Assembly: GCA_964016885.1 (NCBI GenBank)
Contig: OZ024740.1
Location: 397,296,001 to 397,360,000 of the forward strand
Direction: 5' to 3'
Source of the DNA: Eledone cirrhosa
Taxonomy: Eukaryota
DNA: 64,000 nucleotides
Shown here: one piece after another, positions 12,835-26,950 of the stretch
Layout of the letters: each line of letters starts with the position of its first letter
How positions within the stretch are numbered: position 1 is the first letter of the stretch
The notes under the pieces: generated by a model
What the model was told of the DNA's origin: nothing
The model's input: the letters and a program-made list of their open reading frames with translations, nothing else
Databases searched by the model: none
Translations under genes and position numbers: made by a program

Positions 12835-13602
12835 ATTACCAATAAAGACTTTAACCTCTGAAACTACTTTGCATTTTCTCATTCTAAATATACTCCGTTT
12901 TTCCTATGTAAAAAAAATGCGTCGAGTGCTTGATTTGAATTGCATCAATACTAGCTGTAATATTATATATATATATATGCACATATATTAGGGGTGTATA
13001 TGAAAGTATATACTATATCTTTCTCCTTCCGCTTCTCGAGATATTCTCTCTTGCTACAAAAGAAACATTTCTTTTTTTTTTTACCACTGTTACATGTGTT
13101 AATTCCTCTCTCTGCCTCTAGAGATTTTCTCACTTGCTTCGGATGCGTTAAGAAACAGTCCTTTTTTCTGATGGGTCTCTTGATAAACTGTATCAACCTC
13201 AGTGATGATGCATTTTTATAATGCAGAAAATATTCCACACGGATTGACGAGACTGCAGTCGGGACTATGAAGAAAAAATACGTATATTTTTGTCTATTAT
13301 TTTCTCATATTTTGTAATTTGATATGTATATTTATATAAATATATATATATATATCAAAGTCCCCAACCCACACTGCAAAGTGGTTGTGATGGCAACATG
13401 ACAAAAAGCGCCTTGCCCACACTGTAAATGTGGTTGGCATTAAGAATGGTATCCAGCTGTAGAAACCAAGATAAAAGCAGTTCTGTATGAGCAAGGCATG
13501 GTTACCTGACCTGGCTTTCTTACAACAGGACAACTCGTCTAACTCATGCTAGCATGGAAAATGGACGTTAAACAGTGATGATGATATATGTATATATATA
13601 TA

Positions 13603-13643
<41 letters not shown>

Positions 13644-14272
13644 CAAAGAGGGTGTGGTAAGATACCAGGTGGACCATAATGCACCAGAGTACTCGATGTT
13701 TTCGTTGGTCTTTCCAGTTGCTAATTCTATCTATCGATTGCAACTCCAAGTAGAAGGAGCAACGTGAAATAAAATGTCTTGTTCAAGGACATAACGCATC
13801 ACCCGGTCCAGGAATCGAACTCAAAACCTCAAGATTGTGATAATGGAGAGTGAGAGAGGGGAGAGAAAGAAAGAAAGAAAGACAGACAAAGAAACAGATA
13901 AAGAGAGTGAAGTAGAGAAATAGCAAATTTGGATGACATGTGACAGGAGAATGGAAAACTAATCAAGGTGTCAGTTGTTCATGTCCTATAAGCAGCCTCA
14001 CACTCTGTTGATAGGCAATACTTTTAAGTCTTCAACCTAAATAGGTTGTTCAGGGTAAGAACAACCTATTATGGAAATGCAACAGTAGCAGCACTTTTGT
14101 AAATTTGACAATTATTTATTTGCTTGCAGTGCTAAAGTCATCTTCTTCATTAAGTATAGAGAAGATATGCTCTGCAAAGTTAATTTTTCATAAATAAACT
14201 ACACAAAGACAAAATATTTTGTGTTGCCCCTATAAATGGGTTGTGTAATTCACCTTAATATATGTTGGCCTG

Positions 14273-14441
14273 CAGTGTCAGATTTACCATTATGCTTAGG
14301 TGTGCTTAAGCACAGAGCACCATTGGCCAGTAAGGCCCATCTTCCTGTATGGGCCTACCGGGCCTACTTCCTTCAGGGCCCAAGTAAGGGGCCTCATAAC
14401 TTAACTAGCACAGGGCCTCATTTGTCTTAAATCTGGCACTC
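14273..14441. mobile_element. hAT-type MITE
   Basis: TIRs CAGTGTCAGATTTA / TAAATCTGGCACTC; exact 8-bp TSD TTGGCCTG at 14265-14272 and 14442-14449. Confidence 0.8.
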
Positions 14442-14473
14442 TTGGCCTGCTTGTATTTTCATTTCCTTTGGCG

Positions 14474-17400
14474 TATGTTCCTATGAGGGATATCATAACA
14501 CTGTTATTGTAATATGTTTCTATGGGGGATATCATAACACTGTTATTGTAATATGTTCCTATGAGGGATATCATAACACTCTTATTGTAATATGTTCCTA
14601 TGAGGGATATCATAACACTGTTATTGTAATATGTTCCTATGAGGGATATCATAACACTCTTATTGTAATATGTTCCTATGGGGGATATCATAACACTCTT
14701 ATTGTAATATGTTCCTATGAGGGATATCATAACACTGTTATTGTAATATGTTCCTATGGGGGATATCATAACACTCTTATTGTAATATGTTCCTATGGGG
14801 GATATCATAACACTCTTATTGTAATATGTTCCTATGAGGGATATCATAACACTGTTATTGTAATATGTTTCTATGGGGGATATCATAACACTGTTATTGT
14901 AATATGTTCCTATGAGGGATATCATAACACTCTTATTGTAATATGTTCCTATGAGGGATATCATAACACTCTTATTGTAATATGTTTCTATGAGGGATAT
15001 CATAACACTCTTATTGTAATATGTTCCTATGAGGGATATCATAACACTCTTATTGTAATATGTTCCTATGAGGGATATCATAACACTGTTATTGTAATAT
15101 GTTCCTATGGGGGATATCATAACACTCTTATTGTAATATGTTCCTATGGGGGATATCATAACACTGTTATTGTAATATGTTCCTATGAGGGATATCATAA
15201 CACTGTTATTGTAATATGTTCCTATGAGGGATATCATAACACTGTTATTGTAATATGTTCCTATGAGGGATATCATAACACTCTTATTGTAATATGTTTC
15301 TATGAGGGATATCATAACACTCTTATTGTAATATGTTCCTATGAGGGATATCATAACACTCTTATTGTAATATGTTCCTATGAGGGATATCATAACACTG
15401 TTATTGTAATATGTTCCTATGAGGGATATCATAACACTCTTATTGTAATATGTTCCTATGAGGGATATCATAACACTGTTATTGTAATATGTTCCTATGA
15501 GGGATATCATAACACTGTTATTGTAATATGTTCCTATGAGGGATATCATAACACTGTTATTGTAATATGTTCCTATGAGGGATATCATAACACTCTTATT
15601 GTAATATGTTTCTATGGGGGATATCATAACACTCTTATTGTAATATGTTTCTATGAGGGATATCATAACACTGTTATTGTAATATGTTCCTATGAGGGAT
15701 ATCATAACACTCTTATTGTAATATGTTTCTATGGGGGATATCATAACACTCTTATTGTAATATGTTCCTATGAGGGATATCATAACACTCTTATTGTAAT
15801 ATGTTTCTATGAGGGATATCATAACACTCTTATTGTAATATGTTCCTATGAGGGATATCATAACACTGTTATTGTAATATGTTCCTATGGGGGATATCAT
15901 AACACTCTTATTGTAATATGTTTCTATGGGGGATATCATAACACTGTTATTGTAATATGTTTCTATGGGGGATATCATAACACTGTTATTGTAATATGTT
16001 CCTATGAGGGATATCATAACACTGTTATTGTAAGATGTTTCTATGGGGGATATCATAACACTGTTATTGTAATATGTTCCTATGGGGGATATCATAACGC
16101 TGTTATTGTAATATGTTCCTATGAGGGATATCATAACACTCTTATTGTAATATGTTCCTATGAGGGATATCATAACACTGTTATTGTAATATGTTCCTAT
16201 GGGGGATATCATAACACTCTTATTGTAATATGTTTCTATGAGGGATATCATAACACTCTTATTGTAATATGTTCCTATGAGGGATATCATAACACTGTTA
16301 TTGTAATATTTTCCTATGGGGGATATCATAACACTGTTATTTTAATATGTTTCTATGAGGGATATCATAACACTCTTATTGTAATATGTTCCTATGAGGG
16401 ATATCATAACACTCTTATTGTAATATGTTCCTATGGGGGATATCATAACACTCTTATTGTAATATGTTCCTATGGGGGATATCATAACACTCTTATTGTA
16501 ATATGTTTCTATGAGGGATATCATAACACTCTTATTGTAATATGTTCCTATGAGGGATATCATAACACTCTTATTGTAATATGTTCCTATGGGGGATATC
16601 ATAACACTCTTATTGTAATATGTTTCTATGAGGATATCATAACACTCTTATTGTAATATGTTTCTATGAGGGATATCATAACACTCTTATTGTAATATGT
16701 TCCTATGAGGGATATCATAACACTGTTATTGTAATATGTTCCTATGAGGGATATCATAACACTGTTATTGTAATATGTTCCTATGGGGGATATCATAACA
16801 CTCTTATTGTAATATGTTCCTATGGGGGATATCATAACACTGTTATTGTAATATGTTCCTATGAGGGATATCATAACACTGTTATTGTAATATGTTCCTA
16901 TGAGGGATATCATAACACTGTTATTGTAATATGTTCCTATGGGGGATATCATAACACTCTTATTGTAATATGTTCCTATGGGGGATATCATAACACTGTT
17001 ATTGTAATATGTTCCTATGAGGGATATCATAACACTGTTATTGTAATATGTTCCTATGAGGGATATCATAACACTGTTATTGTAATATGTTCCTATGAGG
17101 GATATCATAACACTGTTATTGTAATATGTTCCTATGAGGGATATCATAACACTCTTATTGTAATATGTTTCTATGGGGGATATCATAACACTCTTATTGT
17201 AATATGTTTCTATGAGGGATATCATAACACTGTTATTGTAATATGTTCCTATGAGGGATATCATAACACTCTTATTGTAATATGTTTCTATGGGGGATAT
17301 CATAACACTCTTATTGTAATATGTTCCTATGAGGGATATCATAACACTCTTATTGTAATATGTTTCTATGAGGGATATCATAACACTCTTATTGTAATAT

Positions 17401-20400
17401 GTTCCTATGAGGGATATCATAACACTGTTATTGTAATATGTTCCTATGGGGGATATCATAACACTCTTATTGTAATATGTTTCTATGGGGGATATCATAA
17501 CACTGTTATTGTAATATGTTTCTATGGGGGATATCATAACACTGTTATTGTAATATGTTCCTATGAGGGATATCATAACACTGTTATTGTAAGATGTTTC
17601 TATGGGGGATATCATAACACTGTTATTGTAATATGTTCCTATGGGGGATATCATAACGCTGTTATTGTAATATGTTCCTATGAGGGATATCATAACACTC
17701 TTATTGTAATATGTTCCTATGAGGGATATCATAACACTGTTATTGTAATATTTTCCTATGGGGGATATCATAACACTGTTATTTTAATATGTTTCTATGA
17801 GGGATATCATAACACTCTTATTGTAATATGTTCCTATGAGGGATATCATAACACTCTTATTGTAATATGTTCCTATGGGGGATATCATAACACTCTTATT
17901 GTAATATGTTCCTATGGGGGATATCATAACACTCTTATTGTAATATGTTTCTATGAGGGATATCATAACACTCTTATTGTAATATGTTCCTATGAGGGAT
18001 ATCATAACACTCTTATTGTAATATGTTCCTATGGGGGATATCATAACACTCTTATTGTAATATGTTTCTATGAGGATATCATAACACTCTTATTGTAATA
18101 TGTTTCTATGAGGGATATCATAACACTCTTATTGTAATATGTTCCTATGAGGGATATCATAACACTGTTATTGTAATATGTTCCTATGAGGGATATCATA
18201 ACACTGTTATTGTAATATGTTCCTATGGGGGATATCATAACACTCTTATTGTAATATGTTCCTATGGGGGATATCATAACACTGTTATTGTAATATGTTC
18301 CTATGAGGGATATCATAACACTGTTATTGTAATATGTTCCTATGAGGGATATCATAACACTGTTATTGTAATATGTTCCTATGGGGGATATCATAACACT
18401 CTTATTGTAATATGTTCCTATGGGGGATATCATAACACTCTTATTGTAATATGTTTCTATGAGGGATATCATAACACTCTTATTGTAATATGTTTCTATG
18501 AGGGATATCATAACACTCTTATTGTAATATGTTTCTATGGGGGATATCATAACACTCTTATTGTAATATGTTTCTATGAGGGATATCATAACACTGTTAT
18601 TGTAATATGTTCCTATGAGGGATATCATAACACTCTTATTGTAATATGTTTCTATGGGGGATATCATAACACTCTTATTGTAATATGTTCCTATGAGGGA
18701 TATCATAACACTCTTATTGTAATATGTTTCTATGAGGGATATCATAACACTCTTATTGTAATATGTTCCTATGAGGGATATCATAACACTGTTATTGTAA
18801 TATGTTCCTATGAGGGATATCATAACACTCTTATTGTAATATGTTTCTATGGGGGATATCATAACACTGTTATTGTAATATGTTTCTATGGGGGATATCA
18901 TAACACTGTTATTGTAATATGTTTCTATGGGGGATATCATAACACTGTTATTGTAATATGTTCCTATGAGGGATATCATAACACTCTTATTGTAATATGT
19001 TTCTATGAGGGATATCATAACACTGTTATTGTAATATGTTCCTATGAGGGATATCATAACACTGTTATTGTAATATGTTCCTATGGGGGATATCATAACA
19101 CTCTTATTGTAATATGTTTCTATGGGGGATATCATAACACTGTTATTGTAATATGTTTCTATGGGGGATATCATAACACTCTTATTGTAATATGTTTCTA
19201 TGAGGATATCATAACACTCTTATTGTAATATGTTTCTATGAGGGATATCATAACACTCTTATTGTAATATGTTCCTATGAGGGATATCATAACACTGTTA
19301 TTGTAATATGTTCCTATGAGGGATATCATAACACTGTTATTGTAATATGTTCCTATGGGGGATATCATAACACTCTTATTGTAATATGTTCCTATGGGGG
19401 ATATCATAACACTCTTATTGTAATATGTTTCTATGAGGATATCATAACACTGTTATTGTAATATGTTCCTATGAGGGATATCATAACACTGTTATTGTAA
19501 TATGTTCCTATGAGGGATATCATAACACTCTTATTGTAATATGTTTCTATGGGGGATATCATAACACTCTTATTGTAATATGTTTCTATGAGGGATATCA
19601 TAACACTGTTATTGTAATATGTTCCTATGAGGGATATCATAACACTCTTATTGTAATATGTTTCTATGGGGGATATCATAACACTCTTATTGTAATATGT
19701 TCCTATGAGGGATATCATAACACTCTTATTGTAATATGTTTCTATGAGGGATATCATAACACTCTTATTGTAATATGTTCCTATGAGGGATATCATAACA
19801 CTGTTATTGTAATATGTTCCTATGAGGGATATCATAACACTCTTATTGTAATATGTTTCTATGGGGGATATCATAACACTGTTATTGTAATATGTTTCTA
19901 TGGGGGATATCATAACACTGTTATTGTAATATGTTTCTATGGGGGATATCATAACACTCTTATTGTAATATGTTCCTATGAGGGATATCATAACACTGTT
20001 ATTGTAATATGTTCCTATGAGGGATATCATAACACTGTTATTGTAATATGTTCCTATGGGGGATATCATAACACTCTTATTGTAATATGTTTCTATGGGG
20101 GATATCATAACACTGTTATTGTAATATGTTTCTATGGGGGATATCATAACACTCTTATTGTAATATGTTCCTATGAGGGATATCATAACACTCTTATTGT
20201 AATATGTTTCTATGGGGGATATCATAACACTGTTATTGTAATATGTTTCTATGGGGGATATCATAACACTGTTATTGTAATATGTTTCTATGGGGGATAT
20301 CATAACACTCTTATTGTAATATGTTCCTATGAGGGATATCATAACACTCTTATTGTAATATGTTTCTATGAGGGATATCATAACACTGTTATTGTAATAT

Positions 20401-23120
20401 GTTCCTATGAGGGATATCATAACACTGTTATTGTAATATGTTTCTATGGGGGATATCATAACACTCTTATTGTAATATGTTTCTATGAGGGATATCATAA
20501 CACTGTTATTGTAATATGTTCCTATGAGGGATATCATAACACTGTTATTGTAATATGTTTCTATGGGGGATATCATAACACTGTTATTGTAATATGTTCC
20601 TATGAGGGATATCATAACACTGTTATTGTAATATGTTTCTATGGGGGATATCATAACACTCTTATTGTAATATGTTTCTATGAGGGATATCATAACACTG
20701 TTATTGTAATATGTTTCTATGGGGGATATCATAACACTGTTATTGTAATATGTTCCTATGGGGGATATCATAACACTGTTATTGTAATATGTTCCTATGA
20801 GGGATATCATAACACTGTTATTGTAATATGTTCCTATGAGGGATATCATAACACTGTTATTGTAATATGTTCCTATGAGGGATATCATAACACTCTTATT
20901 GTAATATGTTTCTATGAGGGATATCATAACACTGTTATTGTAATATGTTCCTATGAGGGATATCATAACACTCTTATTGTAATATGTTCCTATGAGGGAT
21001 ATCATAACACTCTTATTGTAATATGTTCCTATGAGGGATATCATAACACTGTTATTGTAATATGTTCCTATGAGGGATATCATAACACTGTTATTGTAAT
21101 ATGTTTCTTTTCTATGAGGGATATCATAACACTGTTATTGTAATATGTTTCTATGGGGGATATCATAACACTCTTATTGTAATATGTTTCTATGGGGGAT
21201 ATCATAACACTGTTATTGTAATATGTTCCTATGAGGGATATCATAACACTGTTATTGTAATATGTTTCTATGAGGGATATCATAACACTGTTATTGTAAT
21301 ATGTTCCTATGGGGGATATCATAACACTGTTATTGTAATATGTTTCTATGGGGGATATCATAACACTCTTATTGTAATATGTTTCTATGAGGGATATCAT
21401 AACACTGTTATTGTAATATGTTCCTATGGGGGATATCATAACACTGTTATTGTAATATGTTCCCATGAGGGATATCATAACACTGTTATTGTAATATGTT
21501 CCTATGAGGGATATCATAACACTGTTATTGTAATATGTTCCTATGAGGGATATCATAACACTGTTATTGTAATATGTTCCTATGAGGGATATCATAACAC
21601 TGTTATTGTAATATGTTCCTATGAGGGATATCATAACACTGTTATTGTAATATGTTCCTATGAGGGATATCATAACACTCTTATTGTAATATGTTCCTAT
21701 GAGGGATATCATAACACTGTTATTGTAATATGTTCCTATGAGGGATATCATAACACTGTTATTGTAATATGTTTCTATGGGGGATATCATAACACTCTTA
21801 TTGTAATATGTTTCTATGGGGGATATCATAACACTGTTATTGTAATATGTTCCTATGAGGGATATCATAACACTCTTATTGTAATATGTTTCTATGAGGG
21901 ATATCATAACACTGTTATTGTAATATGTTCCTATGGGGGATATCATAACACTGTTATTGTAATATGTTTCTATGGGGGATATCAGAACACTCTTATTGTA
22001 ATATGTTTCTATGAGGGATATCATAACACTGTTATTGTAATATGTTTCTATGGGGGATATCATAACACTGTTATTGTAATATGTTCCTATGGGGGATATC
22101 ATAACACTGTTATTGTAATATGTTCCTATGAGGGATATCATAACACTGTTATTGTAATATGTTCCTATGAGGGATATCATAACACTGTTATTGTAATATG
22201 TTCCTATGAGGGATATCATAACACTGTTATTGTAATATGTTCCTATGAGGGATATCATAACACTGTTATTGTAATATGTTCCTATGAGGGATATCATAAC
22301 ACTGTTATTGTAATATGTTCCTATGAGGGATATCATAACACTGTTATTGTAATATGTTCCTATGAGGGATATCATAACACTCTTATTGTAATATGTTCCT
22401 ATGAGGGATATCATAACACTCTTATTGTAATATGTTCCTATGAGGGATATCATAACACTGTTATTGTAATATGTTTCTATGAGGGATATCATAACACTCT
22501 TATTGTAATATGTTCCTATGAGGGATATCATAACACTGTTATTGTAATATGTTTCTATGGGGGATATCATAACACTCTTATTGTAATATGTTCCTATGAG
22601 GGATATCATAAAACTGTAATTGACATATGTTCCTATGAGGGATATCATAACTTTATTATTGTCATATGTTCCTATGAAGGATATCATAACACTGTTATTG
22701 TAATATGTTCCTATGAGGGATATCATAACACTGTTATTGTAATATGTTCCTATGAGGGATATCATAACACTGTTATTGTAATATGTTCCTATGAGGGATA
22801 TCATAACACTCTTATTGTAATATGTTCCTATGAGGGATATCATAACACTCTTATTGTAATATGTTCCTATGAGGGATATCATAACACTGTTATTGTAATA
22901 TGTTTCTATGAGGGATATCATAACACTCTTATTGTAATATGTTCCTATGAGGGATATCATAACACTGTTATTGTAATATGTTTCTATGGGGGATATCATA
23001 ACACTCTTATTGTAATATGTTCCTATGAGGGATATCATAAAACTGTAATTGACATATGTTCCTATGAGGGATATCATAACTTTATTATTGTCATATGTTC
23101 CTATGAAGGATATCATAATG
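14474..23120. repeat. 39-bp tandem repeat array (minisatellite/satellite), about 220 units
   Basis: Consensus TATGTTYCTATGRGGGATATCATAACACTSTTATTGTAA, repeated head-to-tail without spacers. Confidence 0.98.
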
Positions 23121-23344
23121 CTGTAATTGGTTTAAGAAGGATTAAAATAAATGAATAAAAGCATGCCAAGGTAAAGATGACATGGCTTCATATTGTATAA
23201 ATTTAGAATAATACACATTTGCTTTCTAGAGCATTAATAACTGCCTTATTGTTGTGTTTGTGATGATTAGAAATGTTATTTAATAGAATCAAAGGAGATT
23301 CTATTTGTTCAGAATGACATTTCTTACATATGAATCATTTAGTA

Positions 23345-23541
23345 TTCCAATAAAACTTCCATGCTTCCCAACATTTGCCAACACTACACCTGATATTCCC
23401 ACTCCATACACACGCATGTATGTATCTGTGTGTATATCATAACTCATACACTGTTCACTTTCCTGACATTTGTACATTATTCTATGTACTATACATGCAC
23501 CTTTGATGAGTTGTAGTGCACCTGAGCACTGTACACAATAA
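23345..23541 (-). repeat. Unclassified interspersed repeat; second copy at ~30710-30860 (+)
   Basis: Both loci share GTACAGTGCTCARGTGCACTACAACT...CAGGAAAGTGAACAGTGTATGAGT...AATATCAGGTGTAGTGTTGG. Confidence 0.7.
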
Positions 23542-23567
23542 TTTTCATTATTATTATTATTGACAGG

Positions 23568-23975
23568 ACGGTGGATTGGCAGTATCGCTAGAGGGTCGGA
23601 CGTCAAGTTTTGACGCATAGAGTTACGGCCCTTTCTATTCTGAGTTCAAATCCCGCCGAGGTCAACTTTGCCTTTCATCCTTACGGGGTCGATAAAATAA
23701 AGTACCTGTAATGTACTGGGTAATTGCTGGCCTTGTGCCAAAAGTAGAAACAATTATTATTGACAGAATCGTTAGAGCGTTGGACAGCATGCTTCGTTAC
23801 ATAGAGTTTACGGTCTGAGTTCAAACCCCACTGAGGTTAGCTTTGCCTTTCATCCTTACGGGGTCGACAAAATAAAGCACCAGTAATGCACTGGGATCGA
23901 TTTAATCGACTTTCCCCTCCCCCCCAAAATTGCTGGCCTTGTGCCTATAGTAGAAATCATTATTATTATTATTAT
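23568..23975 (+). mobile_element. Two tandem copies of tRNA-derived SINE family 2
   Basis: B-box GAGTTCAAATCC, conserved domain GCCTTTCATCCTTACGGGGTCGATAAAATAAAGTACC (resembles the Meta/MESC SINE domain, from recall), 3' end GGCCTTGTGCCAAAAGTAGAAAC plus ATT tail. Confidence 0.8.
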
Positions 23976-24146
23976 TCTTTGAGTCTCAGTCATTGATGTT
24001 AGTTAACTGGAAAGTTTGTTGAAATGAATATCAAGCCACTCCCTGCAGCCTCAGATATTCAGGACGTATCGGAGGGTTCTTGCTGTTCCCAGCAAGCATG
24101 CCTTTTGAAGCGTTCCAAAAAGCGTGAAGGGGCCAATTTTCTTTAA
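23975..24146 (-). mobile_element. R4/Dong-clade non-LTR retrotransposon, extreme 3' fragment in a (TAA)n tract
   Basis: LQKACLLGTARTLRYVL* matches the conserved C-terminus of R4/Dong ORFs; TTA repeats on both sides, the known Dong-type target. Confidence 0.75.
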
Positions 24147-24188
<42 letters not shown>

Positions 24189-24591
24189 GGGTAATTTCTG
24201 AATAAGCATGACCTCGTGGTTAACAAATTGTATATCTGTCCCAATAGCATTAATGTAAATTGTGTCAGTTTTTGCATATATGTCTATGGCCAAAATAGTC
24301 TCATATAGCCTAGCATAAGAAAAGCAGCAATAATAACATTTATTAACAATATTTTATTTACCCTTATTAAATGTTCATATTTCCAATATTTATATCTCAT
24401 GTGTGTGTGTGTGTGTGTGTGTTAACACTAAATTTATCTTAAATCTTATATTATATGCTGTACTCTGCATCAGTATAGACTATTTAATTGATTACAAATG
24501 AATATCATACACATTTTACTGGATATTTCAGTTAACTTCAATATTCTGTTTATCATAAATAGATACCTTTCCAGACTGAATCATAGAGGTA

Positions 24592-24640
24592 GTTGTCTTC
24601 TGATGAAAAGACAATAATCTCTGAAATGCATAATGATAAT
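24592..24640 (+). ncRNA. Degenerate minimal hammerhead ribozyme
   Basis: gttgtctt-CTGATGA-aaaga caataa tctct-GAAA-tgca-TA-atgataat; cores intact, stems mismatched. Confidence 0.5.
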
Positions 24641-25133
24641 AATCTCTTATGTTTATAAGTGTTGGCGTGTGTGAGGAAATAATGGAAAGTATGTGTACAC
24701 TTTAATCTTTTAACAGCAAAGCTTCTACTATATGCTAATGTACTGAATAAATATTTACCATTTAATGTACTTGCATTTTTTAAAATCAGTGATAATATGG
24801 AGCTAACCATAATATCGGTGAGAATATTCAGAATTATAATAATTTTGACAATTTTAGAGCTCCTATCTCACTGTTTGTATACAGCTATACATATCAGCAA
24901 TATTATTATATATTTTCTAAAGCTGCATCCACCAGTTATGTTTCTTTCTTTCCAGTATCATCATCATCATCATCATTTAACGTCCATCTTCCATGCTAGC
25001 ATGGGTTAGATGGGAGTTGTGCCATTTGAGGCAAGGTTGGTCGGGTGACCGTGTCTCGTTCATATAGGACTATCTGGCAGGCTTTCTACGGTATATACAT
25101 GACAACTTTCCCAGCCTATCATGTATATACTAT

Positions 25134-25322
25134 TGGTGAATTGGCAGTATCGGTAGAGGGTCGGATGCCATGCTTTCCAGCATAGTTACATCCCTTTACG
25201 GTCTGAGTTCAAATCCCGTCGAGGTTAACTTTTCCTTTCATCCTAACGGAGTCGATAAAATAAAAGTACCACTAATGTACTGGGTAATTTCTGGCCTTAT
25301 GCCAAAAGTAGAAACAAGTATT
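25134..25322 (+). mobile_element. SINE family 2 copy
   Basis: Homologous to 23568-23760. Confidence 0.8.
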
Positions 25323-26950
25323 ACTTTCTCTTATCTGCCTACTTATTTTCTGTATTTTACTTCCAAGTTCTATTACATTTCACTACTATGAATGACAATA
25401 AAGGAATTCTATTTTAGTGTATCTTCAATCTAATCTCAATTTTGACCCATTGGGGAATATAGGCTGAATTTTGTTAGGATTCATATTGTTTTGGGTTTTT
25501 TGCTCAGTTTTCAAATATCATCTTGATTCCAATTTATCATGCAGAATGTGCATGTTACTGTATGGATGAATAGCCAAATAGTTGAAAGTTTCTATTTTAG
25601 TTTTGGCGTTCATTTCATTATATCAAATTCCTATTGGTCTTTAAAATTTTTTCCCTTTGTCTCTTCTATTTTGTTTCAGCATGATGCACATAATTTCCTC
25701 TCTGACACCTCAATTCCATTATTGCTTCCTCTAGCTCTTCTATATTCATTACTCTTAGCTATCCAGCATGAAAGATGCTAAGTACAACATCAAGTATATT
25801 TTCAATTTGCATTCTGTTGCACCTTACCATAGATTTAAATATAAATTACCATTTCAAATGTAATGTTGGCTTGTTATTAATTCTGTAGATGCTATATTTT
25901 ATGGCTTCATATCAGTAACATGTTCAAGGGTTGAAATGTTACAAGAAATGTTAGCCAAAGTGCTACTAGCTAACATTATGCAAATGAAAAATTAAAAACC
26001 AAGGCTTAATGCAGTGTTTAGCTCCATCCCCTGAATATGATGTCAATCTTAAGATCTTGTGGCCCAAAACTCTAATATATCTCCTTTGTGATTTGCCTTC
26101 TATATTGATATAATAGCAAGTCATTAGTAACATCAGGAACACAAAAGGATTCAAGGTAAGACACAGTAAAGTGGTTTCTTTTTGCCTTTGCTAGAGTATT
26201 AAGAGCTTTTATGTTCAGTACAGGAAGGTATCAAAACATTCTTCAATCCTGCTGTACTCTGACTACTTCAGTTCATGCATTGTGTCTCTTATTTCCAATT
26301 AATTGAACAGCATCTAAGAGAGTCAATTGTTTTTGTCAAAGACACTATGCCATACAAATTAAGAGACTAATCATTAAACTATCACCAGCTGCAACTCTTG
26401 AGCCTTAACTAAGCTAATTACAGCACTCAATTCTACTTTATGTCTCATAATTATTACATGTTAACACAATTTACTAGTATTAGCTTCTTAACATCAAAGC
26501 AGTAAAGCCAAACCTATTGGATTGTTTACACAAAATTGGATATAAAGAAAAACAAAAATAGTAAAAATAGGATAAAAATTTGTTATAATTATTTCACTGG
26601 AGGATTAAATAAGAACAGAATAAATCTGACAACAGATAAGTTGCTAAGATGGACTGTTAATTATTTAGCTTTATAATTAATTATATATCTCTTTGAAACC
26701 AAACGCCCTAATCAAACTCAACTTTATAGCAAGATATTTGAAAAACTTCTGAATTAATTTCTTATTTAATCCAACCAGGGTGAGGTATTTGATACCAAAT
26801 CCTAGCTTAGATTTATTAGTTTCTAAATGAGCTATCACTAGGGAGGGAACCCTCCAGGGTATCAACAGAGAAGAAATTGATTGGGTACTAGTTGGTTAGA
26901 TTAATTTAAAGGTCAGGATGTGACCACATATTCCTATATATATATATATA

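Larger units (their letters stand above)
11790..12885. mobile_element. Non-coding Penelope-type element with inverted terminal pLTRs
   Basis: 11790-11929 is the reverse complement of ~12745-12883; each arm holds a hammerhead; flanked by AT repeats. Confidence 0.75.

Noticed and set aside
14474-23120. CRISPR array
   Set aside because: Units are contiguous with no unique spacers, no cas genes are present, and the context is eukaryotic.
14401-23158. Long ORFs (up to 685 aa) as real genes
   Set aside because: They are pure translations of a 39-bp repeat, broken by duplicated indels and a stop, with no unique domains or splice evidence.
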